Shown here one piece after another: positions 12,991-28,425 of a DNA stretch of 60,000 bases. Source of the stretch: Felis catus (Eukaryota); contig NC_058369.1 in the NCBI RefSeq assembly GCF_018350175.1, positions 9,426,001 through 9,486,000 of the forward strand, in the 5' to 3' direction. How positions within the stretch are numbered: position 1 is the stretch's first letter; each line of letters begins with the position of its first letter. A program made the position numbers and the translations under genes. Below the pieces are notes generated by a model. It was not told where the DNA came from. It searched no databases and saw only the letters and a program-made list of their open reading frames with translations.

Positions 12991-13702
12991 GCCTATGTCA
13001 TATAGCAGAGCCACTTAAACACATCATTAAAAAATCAATATGATGCCCTCGTGGTGATAGAAAAGAAAACTAACGGGACATCAATGAATATAAGAACGAT
13101 GTCTGTTTCAACATCGTTGGGCTCCTATATATAGAATCACCACAGGACCGGAAGGAGTGTTCCAAAGTACCAAGAACACGAGGATGCTGTTTCCCACTGG
13201 GCAGGGCTCTGGCCTGGAACAGGCCTCCAGAAGCCTGAACCCCGCTCTCCTTTCAATTCCGAGGGCCCAGTGTGGCTTTTCAGATGGCTAAAAAAGATGG
13301 CTGCCTCATTAACAGCTAAAAACGGTCTGCGTGTACCGAGTGCTTAAGGTGTCGGCTGCTCTTCCGGGTTTTTTCCATGAGTGATCTCTTAATTCCAGCA
13401 ACGACCCAAGTGGACCCCCACGTCTCCATTTTACAGATGGAGGAAACGGAGGCCCAGAGACGTGAAGTCCCGGCGCCAGGTCACACAGCAACTACATGGA
13501 ACAGCGCCAAGAATTCTCGGGGGGGCGGCGTGGAGGGGGGGGGGGCGCGGGGAATTTCTCATAGATGTTCCCAGAGACATGGCACCAGGGCGAAATGGTG
13601 GGCCTGCAGCCTCTGGCCGCGCCACCTACTGCACGTGTGACCTTGGGCAAGGCGCTCCACCCCTGGGTTTCCAATCTGTGACACTGGGATCCATCTGCCG
13701 AG

Positions 13703-14192
13703 GGGGGTGGGGGTGGGGCGCAGGGCTGGGGGACGGGGCGCAGGGCAGGGGGCGGGGCGCAGGGCTGGGGGGCGGGGTGCAAGGCTTGGGGGCGGGGCGC
13801 AGGGCAGGGGGCGGAGGGCTGGGGGGCGGGGCGGAGGGCTGGGTGCAAAGCTTGGGGGCGGGGCGCAGGGCTTGGGGGCGGGGCGGCGGGCAGGGCGCAA
13901 GGCTTGGGGGCGGGGCGCAGGGCAGGGGGCGGGGTGCAGGGCTGGGGGGCGGGGTGCAGGGCTTGGGGGCGGGGCGCAGGGCTTGGGGGCGGGGCGCAGG
14001 GCAGGGGGCGGGGTGCAGGGCTGGGGGACGGGGCGCAGGGCTTGGGGGCGGGGCGCAGGGCTTGGGGGCGGGGCGGCGGGCTGGGGGCGGGGTGCAAGGC
14101 TTGGGGGCGGGGCGGCGGGCAGGGCGGAGGGCTGGGGGCGGGGTGCAAGGCTTGGGGGCGGGGCGCAGGGCAGGGGGGCGGGGCGGACGGCG
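13703..14192 (+). repeat. G-rich minisatellite, unit ~GGGGGCGGGGCGCAGGGCTT (19-20 bp), roughly 25 copies
   Basis: direct reading; variant units (gtgc/gcgc, ctt/ca/ctg). Confidence 0.95.
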
Positions 14193-14199
14193 GGGGGAG

Positions 14200-15250
<1,051 letters not shown>

Positions 15251-15712
15251 TGCCGAACACTCAAGCTGGCTGGGCATCCTGGCCTAGCCAGGGCCTTGGC
15301 CCAGGTGGGCGTCTCCATCCAGCAGGTGTCCCTGGGTGTGGCTGATGGGGGGGGGTCTCAGCCCGGGTGGGTGTTCCCGCTGTCCTCTCCACGCTTCCTC
15401 AAATTGTAGCACGTGACCCCCTGGGGGATGTAGCCTTGATGGTCAAAGTATCTTAACCTCCGGGATAAGCCATCACAGTGGACGTTGGCCTGGAGCAGAT
15501 TCTGGAATCGTCCACATGATCTTTTAATTCTGGGTCATGGAGGGTCTGGGTGGTCCCAGGGGGAGCCAGGGTGGGCACTGGGGAGTCTTGGGCAGTGCCT
15601 ATTTCCCCAACGGTGCCTATTTCCCCACAGGGCCGGTGCTGGCCAGCCTGCAGCCCAGTCTGGGGTATACAGACTTCTCTAGGGTTTTTGCGGGCATTGA
15701 TAGTTTTTTGTG

Positions 15713-15930
15713 TTTTTTTTTTTTTTTTTACATTTATTTATTTTTGAGAGACAGAGACAGAGCACAAGTGGGAGAGGGGCAGAGAGAGAGAGGGAGACCC
15801 AGAATCCGAGGCAGGCTCCAGGCTCTGAGCCGTCAGCAAAGAGCCCAACATGGGGCTTGAACTCAAGAACCGTGAGATCGTGACCTGAGCTGAAGTCGGA
15901 CGCTCAACCGACTGAGCCACCCAGGCGCCT
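15713..15930 (-). mobile_element. Can-SINE with TSD cattgatagtttt
   Basis: TSD at 15695-15707 and 15932-15944. Confidence 0.92.
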
Positions 15931-16971
15931 CCATTGATAGTTTTATACAGACCACCACCTTCCATAGACTGCACACCTCAACTCGCTTGCCTGATTATGT
16001 GTTTTCCTGGGCTCTCCCTTCACAGCCACCTCCCCTCCTTCCACTGTGGCAAAGAAAGCCCCCTCCCCACCGTCACATCACGCACTGTCCCTCGGTGTGC
16101 AACGTCCCTGGGACATCCAACACAGGCAGAATGTGGGTTGGCTCAACGAATCTCCCTTTAATCAAGATACCTGAACTCTCACCACCTCACCACCTCTGAT
16201 TCACCAGGTAACTCTGTCCACTCTACCTTTCATGATGTGTCTAGAACTCAGCTACATCCATCACCACGGCCACCACCCCACTGCAGTCCCACGATCTCTT
16301 TTGTATGGACCAATGAATGTAGCCTCCAACCTGGTCCCCTGACTCCCACCCTTGTTCCCTACAGCCTGTTCCCTTGACAGCTGCCAGAGGGGGCCCATGA
16401 GCACCCGAGTCAGGTCTTGCCCCTCCTGTGCTCCAGAGCCCTCCACGGCCCACCCATGACCCTGCATGATCTGCTTATCACCTCTCTGCCTTCACTTCCT
16501 CCCACTCTCCTCCCTCCCTCCCTCTACTTCGGTCACAGTGGCCTCCTTCATGTTCCCTAAACACACTAGGCACATGCCTGCCCCAGGACCTTTGTATATA
16601 CTGTTCCTGCTGCCTGCTATGATCTTCCCTAAGATCCCCCTGCCTGGCTCCTCCCTCACCTCCTTCTGGTCTTATCTCCTTCTCAGCCAGGTCTTCCACG
16701 GCAACTTGATTTAAAGTCCCAACTCTCTCCACCCCTGGCTCCCCCTACGCCCCTTAACCCCCTATTAATACCATATCCCCAGTTGCTAGAACAATACTTG
16801 GCACGTAAGAGGCGCTTATTAACTATCTGTTGAGTACAACTGGGCGATAGAGCAGAAGCACCTCTTCCTAAAGCTCACCCCTGTCAGGGACTGGTCCTTG
16901 CCCCCAAATTGTTGACTGGGAGGGTGTAGACGTGAGGACCCTGGACAGCATTCTGGAGTTCGGGGCACTTA

Positions 16972-17103
<132 letters not shown>

Positions 17104-19077
17104 TCACAAAACATGAACCAGGTCTTGAGGCCTCACTGCTGACCCTACTGCCACCAAAGGGCAACATGGGAAAATATTTACAAGCAGGTGTGGCCTGGGT
17201 ATCGACCCCGCCCCCCCCCCCCCCCCCGGCCCCCGAAAATCCCCGGGCTGGGCCCCGTGGAATCTGCATTTTCAACAAGCTCCTGGGCGAGTATCAAACA
17301 CGCTCGGGCTTAAGCAACAGTACACGTGGGTCAGAGCACAAGTTCTGGACCCACGTGGATTCAAATCCCAGCTCCTTCGCTCGCTGTTAACGTCGCCTCT
17401 GGGTGCCTCGCTATCCTCACCTAAAATTTCCATTCTCCCCGGCTCTCCCACCCGAGCACTTCTCACCCCCTGAGAAACTGATTTCGTGTCTGTCTCTCCC
17501 TCCCGAATGTCAGCCCCGCGAGGGCAGGGATTTCTGCCTTTTTGTTCACTGCCATATCCTTGGCTCTTAGACCAGGCTCTGCTCACGGGAGGTGCTCAAG
17601 AAACGCTTTTGAAAGACACAGTCTGTAAAAGGGGGGCTCAGAGAACTTGATTCCGGGGGTTTCTGAGAAGATTCAGTAAGACCAACACATCGGGGGCTTA
17701 GCGGGGTACCTGCCTCATGAAATGCTCAAGAAATACCTGCAGGATAAATGAAGGAAACAAGTTGGTCTGCAGGAGAATGTCCCTACTAAATACATGATCT
17801 TGCCTTTCTCTCTCCCCTTCTCCCATGCTCCCCCCGGCGCACCCTCTCCCCCGTGACAGCCCCTGAGGACGGGCTCTTGGAACTCGGATGAGCATACGGT
17901 TGGATTAGCCCCTGGAGCCAGCCAGCTCCATGGTGACCAGGCTCGTGGCCGTGTGCTTGGGGCAGCAGAGCCTTCCGTTTCTCCCCCCCACCCCACCCCG
18001 CCAGTCAGAGCGGGGCTCGGGAAACTCTCTCTCCCCCCTGCCAGGGCCAGCAGATGGAGGGTTTGGCAACGTCCGCTCAGTTCGGTTCAGTTCCACGAAC
18101 GTGTCCTGAACACCTCAAAGCACTAGAGATGGGACCATGAAGAGGAGGGAAGCCCCAGGCCGGGCCCTCCTGGGCTCACAGGAAGACTCTGCACATGTTC
18201 TCTTCATGTGATGGGGCTGTTTCCCAACACCCTCCTCTGAAATTGCAGAAAAGGTGCCAGCTTCCTTTGTGCAGTGCGCAACCTGTACAACCATTCCCAG
18301 CAGCCCTGCTTGTGGGCTCTCCCAAGGGTGTGAGCTGTGTTCCTGAAAGCAGTGTTGCCTCCTCTGTGCCCAGCTGAGACGCATCCGAGTTCCAGGGAGT
18401 CCAAGGCTGCTCTAAGAGGCATCTGACACGAAGTTTTGCTGCCTTTATTGGGCACTTACTGTAGAGCAAGAACTGTGTCGAGTACCTGACGTGCACAGTG
18501 TGCTACTGTGAATAGTAGCTGCTATTATCATACCATCTGGGGCCAGTGACTTTGCCTTTCTGAGCCTCAGTTTCCCCTTCTGCAAAAGGGAGAGAACAGC
18601 GATGCCCGGCACCGGGAGCATCTAATTCTTTACTGATGTCACTTGGGGGCGACGTCCGGCCAGCTCCCAAGCTCATGGGGCCACGAGGTGAGCCTCAGGC
18701 CCCTGTGTGGGTTTTCCCACCTGTCCCATCCCTTCAGGTCTGGGGTGGTGACAGTGCCTGCTGGCCTGGGGGCTGCGCCATTCCTTGGAGAGGTCCCTTG
18801 ACGCTCCCCGCTCTCTATAAATGGGCCCTCGGGTGGAGCCTGCCATCTGTTTCCTGTGGCAGCCCCGCAGCCTTACGCCCCCCCACCTTCTTTGCTGTGG
18901 AATCCTCTTGATCAGCGACAGACTGTTTCAGGGGAGGGGGCTCCTTCTCCCGGGGAACAGAGCCTCCAGGGCAAAAGCTCGGACCCTGTCTCCACCCCCA
19001 CGCCCAGCACAGTGCTGATCGGCCACAAGCAGGCGGTAACTTTGCCCGAGGGAGAAGCATTCTCCCACCAACTCCAC

Positions 19078-19462
<385 letters not shown>

Positions 19463-19649
19463 TCAGCCACGGGCCCCGCGGAGACGCCTTGGCTGCGGAG
19501 CTGGCGCCTGCCTGCGGTGGCTCTTGGGGCGTGGGAGGGGCCACCCCTGCCCTGAGGGGCTCTCGGCCTGGCTTCCAGGGAAAGGTGCCTCAGGGGGAGT
19601 CACGGCTCGTTCCGTAACTCTGTCCTGCCTCGTGTGACCAGGGGATTCA

Positions 19650-20250
19650 CTACAGACGGAGCTGTGCCCCCCTAAATTCATAGCTTGAAGCTCTAAGATG
19701 TATATTTTTTAATGTTTGTTTTTGAGAGCGAAAGAGAGAGAAAGACAGAACGTGAGCAGGAGAGGGGCAGAGAGAGAGGGAGACACAGAATCCGAAGCGG
19801 GCTCCAGGCTCTGAGCTGTCAGCACAGAGCCGGATGCGGGGCTCGAACTCACAGACCGTGAGATCACCACCTGAGCCGAACTCCCCAACTGTGAGATCAG
19901 GACCCGAGCGGAAGTCGGACACTTAGCCGACTGAGCCACCCAGGTGCCCCGGTCCGTTTAAGATCTAAACGCTCATGTGACGGTATTTGGGGATGGGGGG
20001 TAATCAGGGTTAGATGAGGTCATGATGATGGGCCTCTCATCATGGGAACTGGGGCCTTTATAAGAAGAGACACCAGAGAACTTGTTCTGTCTCTCCCCAT
20101 CTCCATGCCATGTGAGGACACGGTGGGAAGGTGGCCATTTGTAAACCAGGAAGAGAGTCCTAACCAGGAACCAACCCCGCGGGCACCTTGCTCATGGACT
20201 TCCAGCCTCCAGATATACGAGAAATAAATTTCTGGTGCTTAAGCCGCATA
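19650..20250 (+). mobile_element. MLT1-type MaLR LTR interrupted by a minus-strand Can-SINE (19703-19950)
   Basis: ctgtgcccccctaaattcat...gggttagatgaggtcat...ggacttccagcctccag...aataaatttctg. Confidence 0.8.
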
Positions 20251-20504
20251 TTCACGGTCCTTCTGGCCTGCTGTGCCTGGGGGCAGGGCGGGTGCCAGTG
20301 ACGGGAGAATGTGTCAGGCACAGGGGGGCAGGTGCTGGCAAACACAAGTCTCCCTGATGCATAGGGGATGGACTGAGGGGACAGGCGTGCGTCACCCACA
20401 CGCTCACTAAAAAAAAAAAAAAAAAAATCCAACTTCCCTCCTCTGTAATATTTCCACAAGGATAAACTAAATGTGAATCAACTCCAAAAATGTCAACCCG
20501 TTAA

Positions 20505-20728
20505 TGTGGGTTTTTCAGCCTCGGCCCTGCCTGCTGACATTTGGGGACCGGGTCATTCTCTGTTAAGGGGCCGTCCTGGGCACTGTGGGGTATCGAGCAG
20601 CAGCCCTGCCCTCTACCCACCAGGTGCCTGTAGCTCCCCCAGGGCTGTGACAACCAACCACGGTTCTAGAACTTCCAAGTGTCCTTGGGGGACAGACCCC
20701 CCCCCCCTTGACAAGAACCCCTGTGCTC
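20505..20728 (+). mobile_element. MER20-like MITE
   Basis: gacatttggggaccgggtcattct...gtgacaacca...gaacccctg. Confidence 0.7.
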
Positions 20729-21167
20729 AAGACCCACCATCAACAATCTTCACGGCTAGTTTCCCTTTCTAACCCCCTGTCCAGGGGTTCTCTTTTAGAA
20801 ACTGCCCTCCCCGGGGAAGGAGAAAGTGAAGTCACATTTTCCATAGATTCCCTGTCTCCCCCACCCCACAAAGAGACAGAACCCACCGGGCTCTGGTGGT
20901 CCCAGCCAGGTCAGTCCCCAACCTCAGGGCATGTGCCCACACAGATGCAGCAGTTGGTTTGGGGAGAGCGCCCAGGGTCTCTCTGCCTTGGAATGTGGGA
21001 TCAGGGGCATCTCCTAATCCAGGGAGAATGGGTGTGGTAACCATGCCTATTTTCTGTATTCTGATGCTGTGACTTGGCGGGGGTGGGGGGTTTGTTGACC
21101 CTGGAGGGGGTCAGGGCCAGCTAATTCCTAGAGATAATGGCCAACTTGCCCATGGTGTGCACTTTTC

Positions 21168-21395
21168 TTTTTTTTTTAATTTTTTTTTTTTAACGTTTAT
21201 TTATTTTTTGAGACAGAGAGAGACAGAGCATGAACGGGGGAGGGGCAGAGAGAGAGGGAGACACAGAATCGGAAGCAGGCTCCAGGCTCTGGGCCATCAG
21301 CCCAGAGCCCGACGCGGGGCTCGAACCCACGGACCGCGAGATCATGACCTGAGCCGAAGTCGGACACTCAACCGACTGAGCCACCCAGGCGCCCC
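21168..21395 (-). mobile_element. young Can-SINE
   Basis: full-length; cacttttc on both sides. Confidence 0.93.
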
Positions 21396-21399
21396 TACA

Positions 21400-21802
21400 C
21401 TTTTCAAATGCAAACCAACCACCTCCTCTATGGGGCTCTCACACTCGGGGCCCACAGTCCCCTGATCTTTCTCATCAGCTAACCCGAGATGGCCCCCACG
21501 CCCAGAGCCCCGCTGAAATCATTCCAGCCAGCCACTTCTAAAACTGCTTACTCTGCCTCGCGGGATCCTTCCTGCAGAAACCACAATAAAGGCTCGTGCT
21601 CATGTTCCCCCTTCTCTGCCTCCTGACCTCCCCCTCGTGGCCCTGCGTGGCCCGCCGTGGACTTCCTCTCTTGGGATCTCCAAGTACAACAGACTGCCTT
21701 TCCAACGGCATTTACCCACCATTGTTGATTGAGGGTGCGATCTCACGGAGATCTGCTGGCCTCACCGTGCCTGAATAATTCTAAAACCTGTATTTTAAAA
21801 CA
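21400..21802 (+). mobile_element. ERVL-type solo LTR remnant (MER74-like)
   Basis: gaaaccacaataaaggctc...ctctgcctcctgacc...tattttaaaaca. Confidence 0.6.
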
Positions 21803-21870
21803 GCGGGACAAGGCAAAGAGGAGGAAGAGCAATTCGAGGAACCCCCCTCCTAGGCTGAATGGTTGCTTTA

Positions 21871-22053
<183 letters not shown>

Positions 22054-22289
22054 TTAGCTCAGCATCCTGTCTCCAGGGCAACATCTCCAGCATCTCTGTT
22101 CCCCAGAAGGACACCCTGACTGGTACCCAGGACCCCGCCCACCCGGGTGAATACACTGGGCGCCCGGAGCCACGAGGGGGGCGGTCTGCGGGATGGAGGC
22201 GAGCCTGGGTCTCTGGACGCACCAGACCCGCTTCTGTCCCCACACGGGACCCCGGGGAAGCGGAAGTCAGGGGGTCTGCTGAGCGCTTA

Positions 22290-22454
<165 letters not shown>

Positions 22455-22559
22455 TCAGGCCGGTCAGCTGAGCCCGCCCGTCCCCACAAGCTGGAGGCGG
22501 CCCCACCCCGGTCCCCATCCCCGCCCCTGCTGGGATGCCGGGGGAGCTCCAGAGACTTA

Positions 22560-22844
<285 letters not shown>

Positions 22845-22849
22845 TCAGA

Positions 22850-23150
22850 AATCGAAGTGAAACCCACAGAACGTCGAAGTGACCACCGGAAGCACACAAC
22901 CCGGCGGCATTTCGCGCACTCACAATGTTGTGTCAGCGTCACCTCTAGGCAGTTCTGAGACATTTTCATCGCTCCCCCAAGAGACCCTGTCTCCCCATGA
23001 GCAGCCACTCCCCATTCCTTCCTCCTCCCCACAACCACCAACCTGCTTCCGGTCTCTATGGATATGCCTATTCTGGACCTTTCACAGAAATGGAATTATG
23101 CAGTATGTGACCTTTTGGGTCTGGCTTCTTTCACTGAGCATAACGGGTTT
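22850..23150 (-). mobile_element. old L1M 3' fragment
   Basis: acattttcatc...ctctatggatatgcctattctggac..ttca..aaatggaat...ctggcttctttcactgagcata. Confidence 0.75.
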
Positions 23151-23621
23151 TGAGGTCCTTGCCCCTTTAAAGTTCTCAAGCATCATCCTTCACCGACATA
23201 CAGTCGTCCAGTTTTTATCCTTTTGATCTGATGTGGGCGGAGCGGAATCCTGCCTGCTCTACGGGCTGACTTTTGTCAATGTCTGCGGCTGGTCGCCTCT
23301 CCTTGCTGTGGAGAATTCTGTTACGTGGCCGTGCCCCAGTTTATTTCTCTATTTTGCTGCCACGCGACATCGGGTCCTTTGGTTTGGAACTTTTATAAAC
23401 GAAAGAGGGCCTGAACGGTTCCCTCCCACTGGCAGTGGCTAAAAGTTTGGGAACCTCTGTGTCCTCACCGGTATCTGGGATTGCCTGCTCATTCCTTCCG
23501 CATCTGGCTGCGTCCCTCACGTCCAGACGTGACCCTACTGTTCCCTTTCTGATGTGCCCAGGCACCAGCCGTTCTCGGCCAGAGCCGGAGAGGTGAACTT
23601 CCTACCAACGAGAGTACTTAC

Positions 23622-23734
23622 CCCACAGTCAAAGCAGTTGAAGGAAGAGTGGAAGTAAGGCCGCGTCCCAAGCCCGTACATTTTTATAAACATTTCGGAC
23701 ATAAAGAGTCCTAAGAAAATGAATTCTGCATAGT
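23622..23734 (-). CDS. CACNA1A: CACNA1A exon 12 (113 nt), IIS2 [37 protein letters not shown]
   Basis: cag|ACTATGCA...TGTGGG|gtaagt. Confidence 0.97.
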
Positions 23735-24159
23735 CTGGAAGGGAGAGGAGGGAGAATGGAAAGGAAGTTAGGTTTGTGGAGTGCGTGGCGGGGGCGGGGG
23801 GGGGGTTCCAGGCGGCTCTGACTTTCCTGTTAATAACAGCCCCATCCATCTGGCCTGGCAGGCAGGGAGAGAGGAGGGTCGTTGGTGGCCTTGGCTAAAG
23901 ATTATGCAAGTTTCCTTTCCACGGGCCTCAGTTTCTCCTCTGTTAAAGTGAGGAACAACAACTGTCCCCCACCCTCCAACCCACCAACCCCTGGCCGATC
24001 TTAAAAAGGAGTGGGGAAAGTTCCATGGCTCTCCACCACGCACTTTTTTGCTCTGGTTCAACGATAACAGCTGGGCACAGGTCCTTGCCAAGGACTCAGG
24101 TTTTGTGCTGGCTGGTGGGTTCCTGTGTGCTTAGTATGTTTTATTTTTTTATTAAAAAA

Positions 24160-24607
24160 AATTTTTTTTTATTTTTTTTTTTCAACGTTTATTTATTTTT
24201 GGGACAGAGAGAGACAGAGCATGAACGGGGGAGGGGCAGAGAGAGAGGGAGACATAGAATCGGAAACAGGCTCCAGGCTCTGAGCCATCAGCCCAGAGCC
24301 CGACGCGGGGCTCGAACTCACGGACCGCGAGATCGTGACCTGGCTGAAGTCGGACGCTTAACCGACTGAGCCACCCAGGTGCCCCATATTTAAAATTTTT
24401 TTTAACGTTTTATTCATTCTTGAGACAGAGAGAGACAGAGCATGAACGGGGGAGGGGCAGAGAGAGAGGGAGACACAGAATCTGAAACAGGCTCCAGACT
24501 CCAAGCTGTCAGCACAGAGCCCAACGCGGGGCTCGAACTCACGGACCGCGAGATCATGACCTGAGCCGAAGTCGGATGCTCAACCGAATGAGCCACCCAG
24601 GCGCCCC
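24160..24607 (-). mobile_element. two tandem Can-SINEs (24160-24386, 24394-24607)
   Basis: two full reverse-complement copies. Confidence 0.93.
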
Positions 24608-25154
24608 AGTACGTTTTAAAACTAATGAACGAACGAACGAACGAACTGCCCGACTAACAAAATAACAATGAGCCCAGGATGCCATAATCTAAGAGTTATG
24701 ATAAGTCCACTTTTACACGCCTGAGCTCGAAAGGAGAAACAAATAGAAATCATAATGGTGTCCTTTTAGTAACCTTTGTGTCAGGGGCTTAGTTGGAGAC
24801 TCAGGGGCAACCAATCTAAGATACGGCCCTTCTCCCAACTTGGAAAACCTATCTGATGCCCCCCGGTAGAATCCTGTCTTGTTGATGTCTAAAAGTCTTG
24901 GACAAGATAAAGCACTTTTGTTCTTTGGTAAGAAAGCATGATAGTCCAAACGCCCTGGGGAGAGGTAACATATGGGAATTTGTTTGCACCAGCAGAGAAA
25001 TGGCTAATTTCAAGACCTTTTCCGAGAGAGCTTTCTTGGTGGGGTAAGGAGGGTTTCTGAGAGGAAGAAAACAGAAAGGAAGACAAAGGACCCAAACTTC
25101 CAAGAGTTTCAGTTTTGGTCACATAGTTAATTCTGTTTGAAGGCCACGGGTGTT

Positions 25155-25349
25155 GGGGCGCCGGGGTTGCTCAATCGGTTAAGTGTCTGACTCTCGATTT
25201 TGGCTCAGGTCACGATCTCACGATCCGTGGGTCCGAGTCCCGCGTTGGGCTCTGCGCGGGCAGTGCAGACACTGCTTGGGATTCTCTTGTCCTCTCTCTC
25301 TGCCCCTCCCCGCATCAAAATTAAATAAACATTAAAAAAAAAAAAAAAA
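25155..25349 (+). mobile_element. Can-SINE
   Basis: ggggcgccgggg...A-tail. Confidence 0.9.
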
Positions 25350-27193
25350 GAAAGTCAAGGGTGTTTCTTTTATCATTCTTTTAAGAGGTGGTTTGAACCG
25401 TCAAGGTCCTTCACACTCATTCCTGACCGAATCTTCTTCCCCTTAGTGTTTTGGATGCCAGGGAGCTCCTAGTGTCTGAGGGAAACCAGGGTCTCTGGGA
25501 TCGTCAGGCCAAAATATCAGCGAGGGACATCTGGCTGTAACTTCTGGTGCATTCCGAGAACCACCAGAAACAACTTTGGGAAACCTGCTCCCTAGTTACC
25601 ATGGCAACCTGGTTGCTGGCAATGCACAAGACCTGAGAGAATTGTCTGTAGCCCTGGAGGGTCAGGAAGAACTTTCAGGGCCCAATAAACCCAATTTCCA
25701 GATGAGAAATCTGAGACGCCGAGAAACGACCACACCTCACGGATTCTAAGACACACGCTTTTGTTCAGTTTGACATCTGGGAAATTGGGGTGTATCTTTA
25801 AATCGACATGTCCTCGTTTAAGATAGTAGCCCTGCTTTCTTTCTTTGTGGCAAATAAAATAAAAAGGGTGCTTTATAAACGAAGACGCTTTCCGCTGACG
25901 GCTGGCTGTCGGTAGTGACCTGTCCGGGGTCACACGATGAGTTAGGAGCAGAGCGGGCACTGAGAACCCAGGTCATCTGGTGACCAGGGCAGGGATCTGT
26001 CGTTAGTCACAGTTTGGATTCTGGGTTCAAATCCTGGCTTTGTCACTTACTAGCTGTGTGTTCCTGGGCAAGTTACTTAACCTCTCTGTGTCTCCTTTTC
26101 CTCAAACGGGGATAACTAGAGGACCTTTACAGACACAGAAGCCCAGGACAGGGAGTCCCAACTCTCTGTTCCTGAACCAGGACAGACAGAGCAAAGTGAT
26201 TAGTGTGGAGAATATGGGAGATTAAAAATAGACTACCAGAGGAGATTAAAACAAGAAGTAAAGAGTCCTCATTTGTAAGACTCCACGGGGACCAAATGCA
26301 ATTACGAGGGTTGGAACTAGGTCAGGGCTCTCAGAAGGAGAGCTGGCCCCTGGGGAGTGTCCTGAGGGGTCAACCAATGTGACGGAGAACAAGGGTTACA
26401 AGGAAGTAATGACCTGGACCAGGCTCCTAGGCCCCTCTAGGCTGAAGACTCGACTGTCTCCAGTGGCTGTCTGGGTCAACCCCGAACCGGGCCAGACGGG
26501 GCAAGAAGCTACGAACCTAAGTCAGGCCAGTAGATGCAGGCGGAGGGCAGCCAGCAGGCAAACGGTGTTGGGAAATCCTCACTCGGGGCCCACAGGCCAG
26601 AGCCAGGGTATGCGCTTGCCTTCCCCACCGCCAGACGCTACTCTTATTGATTTCTCAGAGACCTTTATTTTTTAAATCGCGGTCAGAGGTCTCCCCACCT
26701 CTCACTGTTTCTCCTCGCCCCCTCCTGGCCATCAGTTCTGATACTATCCCATGCTAACTCCTGGAATCTGGAATAGGCCCAGAAAGGCAAGGCCTTAGGG
26801 GTCCTGGTAGCCATTGAAGGAGCCAGATGTTCTCATAGTTGCTGGGGCAGATCTTCTAGGAATGAATCCCGGATATAAGGAGGTCATAAAGGGCTAGAGA
26901 GGAAAGTGGCGGGGGGGGGGGTGGGGGGGGGGAAGAAGAAGGTTTGAAAGAAGAGGGGAGAAGCAGGGAGTGTCAGAAGCGAGCAGAGAAAATGGGGACA
27001 ACATAAGGGCCACTCTTTGCCCCTAAAGCATCCCCCTCTCTCAACCACAAATCACTCATTTTAACATCCCCAGAGATATTACCTGTTAATTGCATGTGTG
27101 TTTCTGTCTCCATCTGGCTGTCCTGTGGTCTCTACCCCTTTCTGTCTCTCTTCCAATGCCCCCCTTCACCAGCACCCTTATGCCTCTGTTTTA

Positions 27194-27670
27194 AATTTTT
27201 TTTTTTCAACGTTTTTATTTATTTTTGGGACAGAGAGAGACAGAGCATGAACGGGGGAGGGGCAGAGAGAGAGGGAGACACAGAGTCGGAAACAGGCTCC
27301 AGGCTCTGAGCCGTCAGCACAGAGCCCGACGCGGGGCTCGAACTCACGGATCGCGAGATCGTGACCTGGCTGAAGTCGGACGCTTAACCGACTGCGCCAC
27401 CCAGGCGCCCCTTATGCCTCTCTTTTAAAAAGGATCACAGGGGCACCGGGGTGGCTCAGTCAGTTAAATATCCGACTTCGGCTCAGGTCACGATCTTGCG
27501 GTTTGTGAGTTCGAGCCCCGCAGTGGGCTCTGCGCTGACAGCTGGGAGCCCGGAGCCCGCTTGGGATTCCTGTGTCTCCCTCTCTCTGCCCCTCCCCTGC
27601 TCGTTCTCTCTCTCTCCCTCTCCGTCTCTCTCTCTCAAAGAATAAATAAACATTAAACAATTCAAAAAAA
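27194..27670. mobile_element. head-to-head Can-SINE pair (- 27194-27411, + 27440-27670)
   Basis: first copy flanked by ccttatgcctct TSD. Confidence 0.92.
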
Positions 27671-27777
27671 GTATCACAGAAGTATTTGGTGGCCTCAATT
27701 CCAGCTTCCAGCCCCTCAGGCCCAAAGACTCATTGAAGTGCCAGCTGCAAACACGTCCACATCAAAGGGCAGACTCA

Positions 27778-28425
<648 letters not shown>

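Noticed and set aside
13703..14192. CRISPR-like array
   Set aside because: Tandem units without unique spacers, in eukaryotic intronic DNA
16932..16952. RE1/REST-like motif tgaggaccctggacagcatt near the exon 18 donor
   Set aside because: Mismatches in the left half-site; cannot be supported without a PWM or ChIP data
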